Below, piece after piece: positions 20,724-30,666 of a stretch of DNA of 64,000 bases. Positions within the stretch are counted from its first letter, which is position 1, and each line of letters begins with the position of its first letter. Under the pieces are notes generated by a model, which saw only the letters and a list, made by a program, of their open reading frames with translations, ran no database searches and had not been told where the DNA came from. The translations under genes and the position numbers were made by a program. Origin of the DNA: Armatimonadota bacterium (GTDB lineage Bacteria; Armatimonadota; UBA5829; DTLH01); the NCBI GenBank assembly GCA_038207085.1, contig JBBRAE010000001.1:32001-96000 (forward strand), read 5' to 3'.

Positions 20724-21962
20724 CTAAATCTTCTTGATAACGATGGTTGCGTTGTGTCCGCCGAACCCGAGTGAGTTCGACATTGCGATGTTGAGGTCCG
20801 CCTTAACGGGTGTATTGGGCGTATAGTTCAGATCGCAATCGGGATCAGGGAATTCGTAGTTGATTGTCGGAGGAATGACTCCTTCGCGCAGTGCCAACAC
20901 ACAGGCGATGGCCTCAACCGCGCCCGCCGCCCCGAGAAGATGCCCGGTCATTGACTTGGTCGAGCTGATAGCGACCTGATATGCGTAGTCTCCAAAGACG
21001 TGCTTGATCGCCATTGTTTCAAACTTGTCGTTCAGTTTTGTGGAGGTGCCGTGAGCGTTGATATAGCTGACGTCTTCGGGCTTGATCCCTGCGTCGTCGA
21101 TTGCCAACTGCATGCATCTCGCTGCGCCCTCGCCCTCCGGGGCAGGGGAGGTGATGTGATAAGCATCGCCGTTTGCGCCGTAGCCGATAATCTCAGCAAG
21201 CATCGTAGCTCCGCGAGCCAGGGCTGACTCATACTCCTCAAGGATCATCACACCCGCGCCTTCACCCATCAGGAACCCGTCGCGCTCGTTATCGAACGGT
21301 CGGCTTGCCCTGAGCGGTTCATCGTTTCGGGTGGTAAACGCCTGAGCGCTGCAGAACCCTGCGCAGGATAGGGGGCAAATAGCCGCCTCAGTGCCACCGG
21401 CGAACATTGCGTCGGCGTCGCCCCGCTTGATGACTTCAAAAGCCTCACCGATCGCATTAGTTCCGGATGCGCACGCAGTCACAACGGACTCGTTCGGACC
21501 CTTGGCTCCAAATGCAATAGAGACTTGGCCGCTTGCCATATTCGCGATCAACATCGGCACGAAGAACGGGCTTACGCGTCCCGGTCCTTTTTCGAGCAGG
21601 TTCTTGTGCTGAGTCTCCCACGTATCGACTCCGCCAATGCCTGACCCAACGATCACACCGACTCGTGTCGCGTTTGACTCGTCTATTACAAGACCACTGT
21701 CCTGCATAGCCATCTTGGCGGCCGCCACGGCATACTGGACGAACGGGTCCATGCGCCTGGCTTCCTTGGGATCGATCCACTGGCCCAGATCGAAGTCCTT
21801 AAGCTCAGCGGCGATCTTGCAAGAGTGTCTGGACGCGTCAAACCGGGTGATAGGTCCAGCGCCGCTCTTGCCTTCCATAAGTCCGGCCCAAAAGTCCGCG
21901 ACGTTATTGCCTATGGGCGTAAGCGCGCCCATTCCCGTGATTACAACCCTACGTTCCTGCAT
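20724..21962 (-). CDS. fabF: beta-ketoacyl-ACP synthase II
   Basis: [31 protein letters not shown]. Confidence 0.97.
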   Translation of the reverse strand: MQERRVVITGMGALTPIGNNVADFWAGLMEGKSGAGPITRFDASRHSCKIAAELKDFDLGQWIDPKEARRMDPFVQYAVAAAKMAMQDSGLVIDESNATRVGVIVGSGIGGVDTWETQHKNLLEKGPGRVSPFFVPMLIANMASGQVSIAFGAKGPNESVVTACASGTNAIGEAFEVIKRGDADAMFAGGTEAAICPLSCAGFCSAQAFTTRNDEPLRASRPFDNERDGFLMGEGAGVMILEEYESALARGATMLAEIIGYGANGDAYHITSPAPEGEGAARCMQLAIDDAGIKPEDVSYINAHGTSTKLNDKFETMAIKHVFGDYAYQVAISSTKSMTGHLLGAAGAVEAIACVLALREGVIPPTINYEFPDPDCDLNYTPNTPVKADLNIAMSNSLGFGGHNATIVIKKI

Positions 21963-22034
21963 TCGCACCTCTGTCAAATCGTGCGGGAATGTCGGGAAAC
22001 CGAAACTTCACTGGCTCCCCGATACTCCGCCATC

Positions 22035-22193
22035 CTAGCTCGCTCTATTTCAGAAAGAGAATAGAGCATTTTGCTAGCCCGCATTATTTACGAGTAGCGT
22101 GAATAATGCTCTGTTAGCGAAAGCTTTATTCGCCTCACGAATAAAGCGGGCTAGCCCGCACTATTCACGAAAATCGTGTCTCACACGGGCTAG
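22035..22193. repeat. array of CTAG-ended palindromic REP-like units
   Basis: Core 22074-22154 matches the reverse complement of 61081-61161 at 73/81 nt; degenerate units on both sides. Confidence 0.85.
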
Positions 22194-22205
22194 CGTATAA
22201 GTCTC

Positions 22206-22442
22206 TTACGCGCTCTTGCCGTCGATATAGCCGACTGCCGCCTCGACAGTCTTAATCTGCTCGGCATCCTCATCAGGGATCTCGATGTCGAACTCTTCTT
22301 CGAGACCCATAACGAGCTCTACGACGTCAAGGGAATCTGCGCCGAGATCATCTTCGAAAGATGCGGTCTCAGTGACCTGATCATCGTCGACCTTCAGCCG
22401 GTCAACGACTACCTTTTTAACTCGATCATAAGTTGTGGACAT
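22206..22442 (-). CDS. acpP: acyl carrier protein
   Basis: [13 protein letters not shown]. Confidence 0.98.
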   Translation of the reverse strand: MSTTYDRVKKVVVDRLKVDDDQVTETASFEDDLGADSLDVVELVMGLEEEFDIEIPDEDAEQIKTVEAAVGYIDGKSA

Positions 22443-22453
22443 GTTTCACCTCC

Positions 22454-23203
22454 TCACATTACCATTCCGCCATCAATATTGATTACCTGGCCGGTGATGT
22501 AACTCGCTGCTTCGGAGCAAAGGAACAGGATGACTCTTGCGACGTCCTCCGGCGTTCCAAGCCGCAGCAGCGGAATACGCTGTTCAATTTCTTTCTTTGA
22601 GTTTTCGGGCATCTCCTGCGTCATAACCGTCTGGATGAACCCCGGAGCGACCGCGTTCACGTTGATACCGCGTGAGCCGAACTCTTTGGCGGTAGTCTTG
22701 GTGAGCGCAATGACTCCACCCTTGGAGGCCGAATAGTTGGCCTGCCCCGCGTTGCCCATTACGCCCATAACGGACGCAACGTTCACGATTTTGCCGGTCC
22801 GAGCTCGGAGCATATGCTTTGATACGCTCTTGGTGCAAAGGAAGGTGCCCTTCAAATTGGTATCGAGCACCGAGTCCCATTCCTGCTCGCTCATTCGGAG
22901 AATCAGGTTGTCTCTGGTGATGCCGGCATTGTTGACGAGTATATCAATTTTTCCAAACTTGTCAACAGCAGCGCTTACCATAGCGTCCACTGCGGCGGGG
23001 TCTGTGACGTTTGCGCTGAGCGCAAGCGCCTCACCACCGATAGCTTCAACTTCAGCTGCAACCGATTTCGCCGCGTCCTCAACGAAGTCGGCGATAACGA
23101 TCTTAGCACCCGCTTTAGCAAGTTCGAGAGCGATAGAACGACCGATGCCCTTGCCCTCTCTACCAGCGCCCGTGACGAGCGCGATCTGTCCTTGGAGATT
23201 CAC
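22454..23203 (-). CDS. fabG: 3-oxoacyl-ACP reductase
   Basis: NNAGITRD, GQANYSASK. Confidence 0.96.
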   Translation of the reverse strand: MNLQGQIALVTGAGREGKGIGRSIALELAKAGAKIVIADFVEDAAKSVAAEVEAIGGEALALSANVTDPAAVDAMVSAAVDKFGKIDILVNNAGITRDNLILRMSEQEWDSVLDTNLKGTFLCTKSVSKHMLRARTGKIVNVASVMGVMGNAGQANYSASKGGVIALTKTTAKEFGSRGINVNAVAPGFIQTVMTQEMPENSKKEIEQRIPLLRLGTPEDVARVILFLCSEAASYITGQVINIDGGMVM

Positions 23204-23229
23204 CGATATTCAGTTCCTTCCGTGTAAAG

Positions 23230-24159
23230 TTAACGATAAGTAGCTAGAAACGCCTCAAGCGACGCCTTGTTGCCTACACTTGTGACGGGGACATCTACTG
23301 TCCTTGAGATGAGCCCCGCAAGCACGTTCCCAGGTCCTACCTCGACAAACGTCTCCGCGCCGTCCGCTGCGATCTTCTGAATCGACTCGACCCAGCGCAC
23401 GCTTCCGCTCACCTGCTCAGCAAGTGATTTGCGCACAGCATCTGCAGAGTTAACATAATCAGCAGTGACGTTCGCGACAATGGAAATTGCCGGGTCTGCT
23501 ATTGTAACACATTCAAGCTCAGCTCGCATAGCCTGACCGGCAGGCTTCATCAGCCTGGAGTGAAACGCCCCGCTCACCTTGAGCGGCAGAACCCGTTTTG
23601 CGCCCATTTCCTTTGCGATGCGACCCGCTTCGGCGACCGCATCCGGCTCGCCGGTGATTACCGTCTGAACCGGTGAGTTATAATTGGCTACGTCTACCAC
23701 CCCGGCTGACTGAGCAGCTTCGACAGCCTCACGAACCTGGTCAGAACTGAGGCCGATAATCGCAGCCATAGTCCCAAGCGTGCTCGACCCCACCTCGTGC
23801 ATAAGCTCGCCTCGCCTGCGCACAAGCTTGACGGCATCCGCAAACTGAAGCGCACCCGCGCAGACCAACGCGGCGTATTCGCCGACACTGTGTCCTGCAG
23901 CAAACTGAGGCGTAAAACCCTCAGCCTTGAGCACCTCAAGCGCTGCGATGCTGGCCGTAAGGAGCGCGGGCTGAGTGTTGATAGTGCGTGTGAGCTCGTC
24001 CTCAGGGCCTTCGAACATAGTCTTCGAAAACTCAAATCCCAGAGCCTGATCGGCAGTCTCAAACACCTTGCGGGCCGAGTCAAACGACTCAAAAAGCTCT
24101 CGGCCCATTCCGACCGACTGTGACCCCTGTCCGGGAAAGACAAACGCGAACTTCTTCAT
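23230..24159 (-). CDS. fabD: malonyl-CoA:ACP transacylase
   Basis: FPGQGSQ, GHSVGE, AFHS. Confidence 0.97.
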   Translation of the reverse strand: MKKFAFVFPGQGSQSVGMGRELFESFDSARKVFETADQALGFEFSKTMFEGPEDELTRTINTQPALLTASIAALEVLKAEGFTPQFAAGHSVGEYAALVCAGALQFADAVKLVRRRGELMHEVGSSTLGTMAAIIGLSSDQVREAVEAAQSAGVVDVANYNSPVQTVITGEPDAVAEAGRIAKEMGAKRVLPLKVSGAFHSRLMKPAGQAMRAELECVTIADPAISIVANVTADYVNSADAVRKSLAEQVSGSVRWVESIQKIAADGAETFVEVGPGNVLAGLISRTVDVPVTSVGNKASLEAFLATYR

Positions 24160-25158
24160 CTAGGAGTCCATCCCCCATTTGATCACGCTTGCTGCCCAGG
24201 TGAGCCCTGCGCCGAATCCTACAAGCACAACGGTGTCGCCCTTCTTGATCCTGCCAGCCTTGACGGCCTCATCAATGGCAATCGGGATCGAGGCGGCAGA
24301 GGTGTTGCCGTATTTCTCGACGTTAGAGAACACTTTCTCAGGGGGAAGCTCAAGCCTGCGCGCGGCGGCGTCGATGATTCTAATATTAGCCTGGTGAGGT
24401 ATCAGAAGGTCGACGTCCGCGGTAGTCATCCCACACTTCTCAAGCGCCTCTATGGCAGCTTCGCCCATCACCTTAACTGCGAACTTGAAGACCTCACGGC
24501 CCTCCATACGAATAAAGTGACGTTTGTCGTCAATCGACTTATATGTAGACGGGTATTTGGACCCGCCGCCCTCCACAGTCAATGTCTCAGCGCCGGAGCC
24601 ATCGGAGCCAAGGACCGAGGCAAGAATGCCTTCGCCATCAGGCACAGCGACAAGCACAGCAGCCCCCGCGCCATCACCAAAGAGCACGCACGTCGCTCTG
24701 TCAGTGTAGTCGGTAACGGTGCTAAGCAGGTCGACCCCGATCACGAGGATCTTGCTATACATCCCCGACTCTATGAAGCTGCTTGCAGTAGTCAGTCCAT
24801 ATACAAACCCGGAGCACCCGGCAGCGAGATCAAACGCGGCGGCTTTGGTCGCGCCTAGCGCGTGCTGCACGATCGATGCCGTTGCGGGAAGAGGCATATC
24901 GCCCGTCACCGTAGCACAGATCACAAGCTCGATCTCATTGGCGTCGATCCCAGCGCTCTCAATGGCAGCCTGGCCCGCGCGAATAGCGAACTGTGAGGCA
25001 TACTCGCCTTCGGTTGCCTTGCGGCGCTCTTTGATCCCCGTGCGGCTAAATATCCACTCGTCGTTGGTGTCGACGATCTTTTCAAAGTATTCATTTGTAA
25101 GGACCAGGTCAGGAAGAGACGAACCAATCCCGGCGATACCAGCCCTTCTTTTGTCCAT
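24160..25158 (-). CDS. fabH: beta-ketoacyl-ACP synthase III
   Basis: AGCSGF, PHQAN, GNTSAAS. Confidence 0.97.
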   Translation of the reverse strand: MDKRRAGIAGIGSSLPDLVLTNEYFEKIVDTNDEWIFSRTGIKERRKATEGEYASQFAIRAGQAAIESAGIDANEIELVICATVTGDMPLPATASIVQHALGATKAAAFDLAAGCSGFVYGLTTASSFIESGMYSKILVIGVDLLSTVTDYTDRATCVLFGDGAGAAVLVAVPDGEGILASVLGSDGSGAETLTVEGGGSKYPSTYKSIDDKRHFIRMEGREVFKFAVKVMGEAAIEALEKCGMTTADVDLLIPHQANIRIIDAAARRLELPPEKVFSNVEKYGNTSAASIPIAIDEAVKAGRIKKGDTVVLVGFGAGLTWAASVIKWGMDS

Positions 25159-25197
25159 ACACATATAATGAAATCCGGCTTTCTTACTTCCGTGTCT

Positions 25198-26202
25198 CTA
25201 GCCGCTAGCTACGGGGCTCTTTGTGAGGTTAGGAAGCGAAGTTTTAATGCAGTTGATGATGTCGTGGTCCACGGCCTCTTTTGCGGCTCGGATCGCGCTC
25301 ATTACGGCTTTTGCGTTTGACTTGCCGTGTCCGATGATCGAAACACCATTGACCCCAAGAAGCGGCGCTCCGCCGTATTCGGAGTAGTCAACGCGACGTT
25401 TTACACCCATAAGCACAGGTCTTGCCAGAAGACCAATCAACTTATGTTTACTAAACTCTTCTTTCAGCAGGCCTGTCAGGAAGTCGCCGAGACCTTCGCT
25501 CACCTTGAGCGCCACGTTTCCGACGAACCCATCGGCGATAATCACGTCGGCGAACCCGCTAAACAGGTCCCCACCTTCGCAGTTGCCGATAAAGTTAACA
25601 AGTTCAAGCTCGCGGAGTGCGGCGTGAGTGGTCTTGGTGACTTCGTTACCCTTGGAAGGCTCTTCGCCAATAGAGAGCAGCGCTACGCGAGGGTTGGATC
25701 TCTTAAGCACAAGCTCCGCGTACAGACTGCCCATAATGGCGAACTGCAGCAGGTTGTTAACCGTGCAGTCGGCGGTTGCACCGCCGTCGAGCATAACGGT
25801 GAACCCGTTGCGTCCAGGGAAAACCGTGGCGATACCGGGCCTCTCTATGCCGGGAATTCTCCCGAGTTTGAGAAGCGAGACGGCCATTGCAGCGGCAGTG
25901 TTGCCGACACTAAGCACCGCATCCGCCTCACCAGACCTAACCATAGACGTAGCCACCACGACAGATGCGTTCGGTTTTGTCCGTACGCTGTTGACGCAGT
26001 CATCCATGCTTATATAGTCCGGAGTATGGTGGATCTCAATCCTATCGGAATCGACCTGCTTTTTGGGCAGGTGGTCCTCTATAGCCTTCGCATCTCCGAC
26101 GAGGACAATCTGTATGTCGTATAACGACGCAGCCTCGACAGCTCCCTTTACTATTTCGGCAGGAGCAAAGTCGCCGCCCATGGCGTCTACGGCAATCCTC
26201 AT
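25198..26202 (-). CDS. plsX: phosphate acyltransferase
   Basis: DAMGGD, GEEPSKG, DGFVGNVALK. Confidence 0.96.
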   Translation of the reverse strand: MRIAVDAMGGDFAPAEIVKGAVEAASLYDIQIVLVGDAKAIEDHLPKKQVDSDRIEIHHTPDYISMDDCVNSVRTKPNASVVVATSMVRSGEADAVLSVGNTAAAMAVSLLKLGRIPGIERPGIATVFPGRNGFTVMLDGGATADCTVNNLLQFAIMGSLYAELVLKRSNPRVALLSIGEEPSKGNEVTKTTHAALRELELVNFIGNCEGGDLFSGFADVIIADGFVGNVALKVSEGLGDFLTGLLKEEFSKHKLIGLLARPVLMGVKRRVDYSEYGGAPLLGVNGVSIIGHGKSNAKAVMSAIRAAKEAVDHDIINCIKTSLPNLTKSPVASG

Positions 26203-26396
26203 CCTTGCAGTACCCTCCTTGGGTAATGGTGGCAGGTGCTGGGCGTTAGGTCTAAGAAGCGAATTATCAGCCGAGTTACGGCCAAGCTTCTAACACCCAA
26301 CACCCATCACCAGACACCTCCGAAGAAAATGGTGGTTTGGGCCATTTCCTTCAAGCAAATAACGGCACGAAAATCGTGTCATGAGTTGCTCTCGGA

Positions 26397-26591
26397 TTAT
26401 TCTTCCGTCTTGCGTTCTTTCTTCTCGATAACGAGCCTGCCATTGTAGAACCCGCATGAAGGGCACGCGTGATGCGGCAGTCTCGGCGCATGGCAGCGCG
26501 GGCAGTCCACAACGTTCGGGACGGTCATTTTCCAGTTTGCCCTACGTTTGGCCTGTCTGGCCTTTGAATGTCTTCTTTTCGGCAGCGGCAT
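26397..26591 (-). CDS. rpmF: 50S ribosomal protein L32
   Basis: MPLPKRRHSK, CxxC..CxxC zinc ribbon. Confidence 0.97.
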   Translation of the reverse strand: MPLPKRRHSKARQAKRRANWKMTVPNVVDCPRCHAPRLPHHACPSCGFYNGRLVIEKKERKTEE

Positions 26592-26646
26592 CTAGTATGT
26601 CTCCTTATTAACAATCTAACGGAGATAATTGGGCTAAGCCCTTTGG

Positions 26647-27198
26647 TTACTCCGTCGTGTCGGCTTCGTCGCCTGTCTTCTCCAAAAGTCCCTGGAGCGC
26701 GGTAAATGGCGAAGCTTCCACATCCACGGGGCACTCGCACGCCCCCTCGTTCAGGTTTTGGCCGCAATGCGTGCACAGCCCCTTGCAGACATCGCTGCAA
26801 AGAGGCCGGATCGGCGTTTCGACCAGAACCGATTGCCTGATAAACTCAGACAAATCGAATATGTTGTTCTTAAACAGGGGCTCGATCTCTTCTTCGGTAA
26901 TCTCTTCCTCGTGTCCAGCAAGCATAGCCTGGAGATTGGTGATGGGGAATTGCTCCTCCATCTTCACCTCTACTGGCACCGTAGACTTGCCCAGGCACCT
27001 GGAACACTCAAGTTCCACAACGGTCTTAAACTTCCCGCGAGCGAGAATCAGGCTCCCCGTATTTGTAAAGTCCGCACCTCCGACAATCGGATCGATGCAG
27101 TGCAGCTCAGAGTATTCCTCGTCATTGCACTTTTCCTTGATATCGTAATGATACGACTTACCGATATTTGCTGCAAGTTCGGACAGATCAATTTTCAT
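26647..27198 (-). CDS. yceD: DUF177/YceD 23S rRNA accumulation protein
   Basis: CSRCL, CSDVCKGLCTHCGQNLN; upstream of rpmF. Confidence 0.93.
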   Translation of the reverse strand: MKIDLSELAANIGKSYHYDIKEKCNDEEYSELHCIDPIVGGADFTNTGSLILARGKFKTVVELECSRCLGKSTVPVEVKMEEQFPITNLQAMLAGHEEEITEEEIEPLFKNNIFDLSEFIRQSVLVETPIRPLCSDVCKGLCTHCGQNLNEGACECPVDVEASPFTALQGLLEKTGDEADTTE

Positions 27199-27219
27199 TA
27201 TGTTACCTTGGCCGTGAGG

Positions 27220-28425
27220 CTAACCGGCCACTATTTCAGCGGTCTCGCGAGCGATCATTCTCTCTTCGTTGGTCGGAATGACCATAACGCGAGCCGGTGA
27301 ATCCTCAGTGCTAATATCGGACTCTCCACGGGCAGCTTCGTTCTTTTCAGGGTCGATGTTCAGACCCATAAAGCCCAGCCCAGTAGTCGACAGACGTCGC
27401 ATGATCGGGCCATTCTCCCCGATACCGCCGGTGAATACCAGAGCATCGAGGCCGTTCATGGCAGCCGCATACGCGCCTATATATTTTCTTACACGATAGC
27501 AGAAAATCTCAATCGCGAGATTCGCTCTCTCATCGCCTTTGGCCTGAAGGTCTTCGAGATCGCGCATATCACTTGATTTCCCAGTGATTCCAAGAAGTCC
27601 GCTCTGCTTGTTGATCAGGTTATCGACCTGATCGGCAGACATCCCGAGCTGTCGCTGCACATACATCAGAATAGCGGGGTCGAGGTCACCTGACCGGGTG
27701 CCCATGACAAGTCCTTCAGCCGGAGTAAGCCCCATACTTGTGTCGATGACCTTGCCGCCGACTATTGCAGTGATGCTGCATCCATTGCCGAGGTGGCATG
27801 TGATAAGCTTAAGCTTTGCCGGGTCGACGCCACGGTCAGCCATAATCTTTGACGCTCTACCACTGACGTACCTGTGCGATGTCCCGTGGAACCCGTAGCG
27901 CCTGATGCCAAAATCGGTATACAGGTTATAGGGCAGGGCATATATATACGCGTGCGGCGGGATCGTCGAGTGAAACGCCGTATCAAAGACCGCGACCTGC
28001 GGCACACCGGGCATAAGCCTGCGGCACGCCCGAATACCCATAATGTTAGGCGGGTTGTGAAGCGGCGCAAGCTGGCTGACCTTGTCGATCTCAGCGAGGT
28101 TCGCGTCGTCGATCAGAACCGACTTGGAGAACTTCTCACCGCCGTGAACCACCCTGTGGCCTACCGCCGATATCTCGGAGATGCTCGCAATCGCGCCCTT
28201 CTCGGGGTCGGTCAGCATCTTGAACACAAGGTCCATCGCAACGTCGTGATCAGGAATCTCGATCTCGATCACAGTCTTGCCGCACTTGCCGGACTCGCAT
28301 TTCAACTTGCCCATATCCAAGCCAATGCGCTCGAGCATTCCCTTTGCGATAACTTCTTCGGTTTCCGACTCAAAGAGCTGATACTTAAGTGACGAACTTC
28401 CGCTATTTAGAACCAGAATCTTCAT
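27220..28425 (-). CDS. ackA: acetate kinase
   Basis: NSGSSSLK, GHRVVHGG, FTGGIGEN, PTNEE. Confidence 0.98.
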   Translation of the reverse strand: MKILVLNSGSSSLKYQLFESETEEVIAKGMLERIGLDMGKLKCESGKCGKTVIEIEIPDHDVAMDLVFKMLTDPEKGAIASISEISAVGHRVVHGGEKFSKSVLIDDANLAEIDKVSQLAPLHNPPNIMGIRACRRLMPGVPQVAVFDTAFHSTIPPHAYIYALPYNLYTDFGIRRYGFHGTSHRYVSGRASKIMADRGVDPAKLKLITCHLGNGCSITAIVGGKVIDTSMGLTPAEGLVMGTRSGDLDPAILMYVQRQLGMSADQVDNLINKQSGLLGITGKSSDMRDLEDLQAKGDERANLAIEIFCYRVRKYIGAYAAAMNGLDALVFTGGIGENGPIMRRLSTTGLGFMGLNIDPEKNEAARGESDISTEDSPARVMVIPTNEERMIARETAEIVAG

Positions 28426-28440
28426 GTGACTCTTCCCGCT

Positions 28441-29439
28441 CTACCTTTCGATTGCCTGAACAGCCGTAATAGCTGCAACGTTTACGATGTCGTTGTAGTC
28501 GCATCCGCGAGAAAGGTCGTTGACCGGCTTGCGGAGCCCCTGAAGCACAGGGCCGTAGGCGTCAGCTTTCGCGAGCCTTTCGGTGAGCTTATATGCGATG
28601 TTTCCGGCGTTCAGATCAGGGAAGATAAGCACGTTTGCCTTACCGGCGACACTGCTCCCCGGAGCCTTGCGCTCGCCAATCCAGTCGACGAGTGCGGAGT
28701 CAGCCTGAAGCTCTCCATCGATGTTAATCTCCGGAGCCTTGGCTTTGGCTATATTGGTCGCCTCGATGACCTTGTCGATAATCGGGTCGGAGGCGCTTCC
28801 CTTGGTCGAAAGCGAAAGCATTGCGACGCGCGGCTCGTAGTCAAAGAGCTGTCGCATCGTCTTTGCGCTCGATATCGCGATCTCGGCGAGCTCGCTTGCG
28901 TTCGGGTTGATAACCAGACCGCAGTCTGCGTAGATAAACAGACCGTTCTCGCCATACTCGCAGTCAGGGACGATCATAACGAAGAAACTCGATACGATCG
29001 AAACCCCCTGCGCGCATTTCAGTACCTGGAGTGCAGGTCGGACGGTGTCGGCTGTTGAATGGATCGCTCCGGAGACCTGGCCATCGGCCTCTCCGGTGTA
29101 GACCATCATAACGCCGTGGTACATCGGGTCCTGAACTATCTCGCGCGCCTTCTCAGGGGTCATCCCCTTTGATTTGCGCAGTTCATAGAACATGTTAGCA
29201 TATTCGTCGAGCTTCGCCGACTTGGTAGGGTCGACGACTGTGACCCGCGAGAGGTCGGCTCCGGCTTCGGCCACGGCTTTAGCTATTTCTTCTTCTCTGC
29301 CCAGTACTACGACCTTCGCCAGGCCATGCGCGGCTATTTCCTGTGCGGCCTTAACGGTGCGCGGGTCCTTGCCTTCCGGCAGGGTGATTGTCTTCTGCGC
29401 CGCGCGCGCTTTGGCGAAGATTCCGTCCATGATTTTCAT
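28441..29439 (-). CDS. pta: phosphate acetyltransferase
   Basis: DGELQAD, FPDLNAGNI, NDLSRG. Confidence 0.97.
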   Translation of the reverse strand: MKIMDGIFAKARAAQKTITLPEGKDPRTVKAAQEIAAHGLAKVVVLGREEEIAKAVAEAGADLSRVTVVDPTKSAKLDEYANMFYELRKSKGMTPEKAREIVQDPMYHGVMMVYTGEADGQVSGAIHSTADTVRPALQVLKCAQGVSIVSSFFVMIVPDCEYGENGLFIYADCGLVINPNASELAEIAISSAKTMRQLFDYEPRVAMLSLSTKGSASDPIIDKVIEATNIAKAKAPEINIDGELQADSALVDWIGERKAPGSSVAGKANVLIFPDLNAGNIAYKLTERLAKADAYGPVLQGLRKPVNDLSRGCDYNDIVNVAAITAVQAIER

Positions 29440-29483
29440 TCGATCAGTGCACTCCTGAAATTTCTTGGTCGGCGAGGGATGGG

Positions 29484-30083
29484 CTAGCGCCGTCCCATCT
29501 CGCGTCCGGCCGGAATAATTGGCTCATCCTCCGGCTTGGTATACTTGATACGCTGATCAAGCTTTTCACGACCGCGCTGAATAGTCCCCATCAGCTTTGC
29601 CGTAAAGTTCTCAAGATTTGCAAGCACTTCCTTGGCGTATTCGTCAGAGCCGCGCCGGGTCTCTCTTGCAGAGGCTTCGGCAGCGGAGACGATGTCGCGT
29701 GCCTGGCTTGTCGCAAGCCTGTTGATCTCGCTTGCATCCACAAGTCGCAATGTCTGGACCTTGGCTTCTTCCAACATGCGTCCGGCTTCCTCGCGGGCAT
29801 GCTCGACCATGATCTTGGCCTCTTCGCGCGCTGCGGCGACGATTCTGTCGCTGTCGCCAGCGAGCCTGGTCGCGGTCCTTACCTCATCGGGTAGAGACGC
29901 GCGAATCTTGTTTATGAGCATGTGGAACTCTTCGATCCGCACTCCATAAGCGCGGTCCCAAAGCTCGAACATGCGATTATCTATACAATCTTCAAGCTTG
30001 TCCAGGAGCTTGAGAATATCAACCTCCGGTCCTCGCGACTGAAGGAATGGGTATTTCGGTATTGCAGTCTGTTCATCACTCAT
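29484..30083 (-). CDS. coiled-coil DivIVA-like (SepIVA/ATPase-b-like) protein
   Basis: Helical A/E/R repeats, [17 protein letters not shown]; conserved position after coaD. Confidence 0.75.
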   Translation of the reverse strand: MSDEQTAIPKYPFLQSRGPEVDILKLLDKLEDCIDNRMFELWDRAYGVRIEEFHMLINKIRASLPDEVRTATRLAGDSDRIVAAAREEAKIMVEHAREEAGRMLEEAKVQTLRLVDASEINRLATSQARDIVSAAEASARETRRGSDEYAKEVLANLENFTAKLMGTIQRGREKLDQRIKYTKPEDEPIIPAGREMGRR

Positions 30084-30583
30084 TTGTTTTTGACCTCCTG
30101 CCTTTGACTTAGCTTTTCTCCCAACTTCCGTGCTACGTTTTCCGGGACAAGTCCCGTAACTGCGCCTCCGAGCCTCGCTATTTGTTTGACAAGGCTCGAA
30201 CTAAGATACGAATACTCGGCGCCTGTTGCCATGAAAACTGTTTCGACTTCGGGTGCCAGATTTCTGTTCATAAGCGCCATTTGAAACTCATACTCAAAAT
30301 CTGATACGGCTCTAAGGCCCTTTACCATCACCCGTGCCCCTATTTCACGCGCATAGTCGACAAGCAGCGTTTCGCCGAAGCTCTCTATTCGCACATTCGG
30401 CACATGCTTTGTCGCCTCCCGAAGCATTTCGATTCGCTCCTCGACGGTGAACATCGGGGACTCCTTCGCCGGGTTAGGCGCAACGGCCACTACGACCTCA
30501 CCAAACACCCGCGCGGCCCGCTCAATAACGTCTATATGTCCACTGGTGACGGGATCAAAGCTCCCGGGATAAAGCGCAATCAT
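30080..30583 (-). CDS. coaD: pantetheine-phosphate adenylyltransferase
   Basis: [29 protein letters not shown]. Confidence 0.97.
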   Translation of the reverse strand: MIALYPGSFDPVTSGHIDVIERAARVFGEVVVAVAPNPAKESPMFTVEERIEMLREATKHVPNVRIESFGETLLVDYAREIGARVMVKGLRAVSDFEYEFQMALMNRNLAPEVETVFMATGAEYSYLSSSLVKQIARLGGAVTGLVPENVARKLGEKLSQRQEVKNK

Positions 30584-30666
30584 CTAATAAGTGTAAAGTG
30601 TAATGCTCAAAGTGTAAAGTGGCCCATGAAACATGCCTCTACACTTGCCGTCCTACACAGTCTCCT

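Noticed and set aside
22035..22193. Possible CRISPR array
   Set aside because: The units are inverted palindromes without regular unique spacers, and no cas genes are present.
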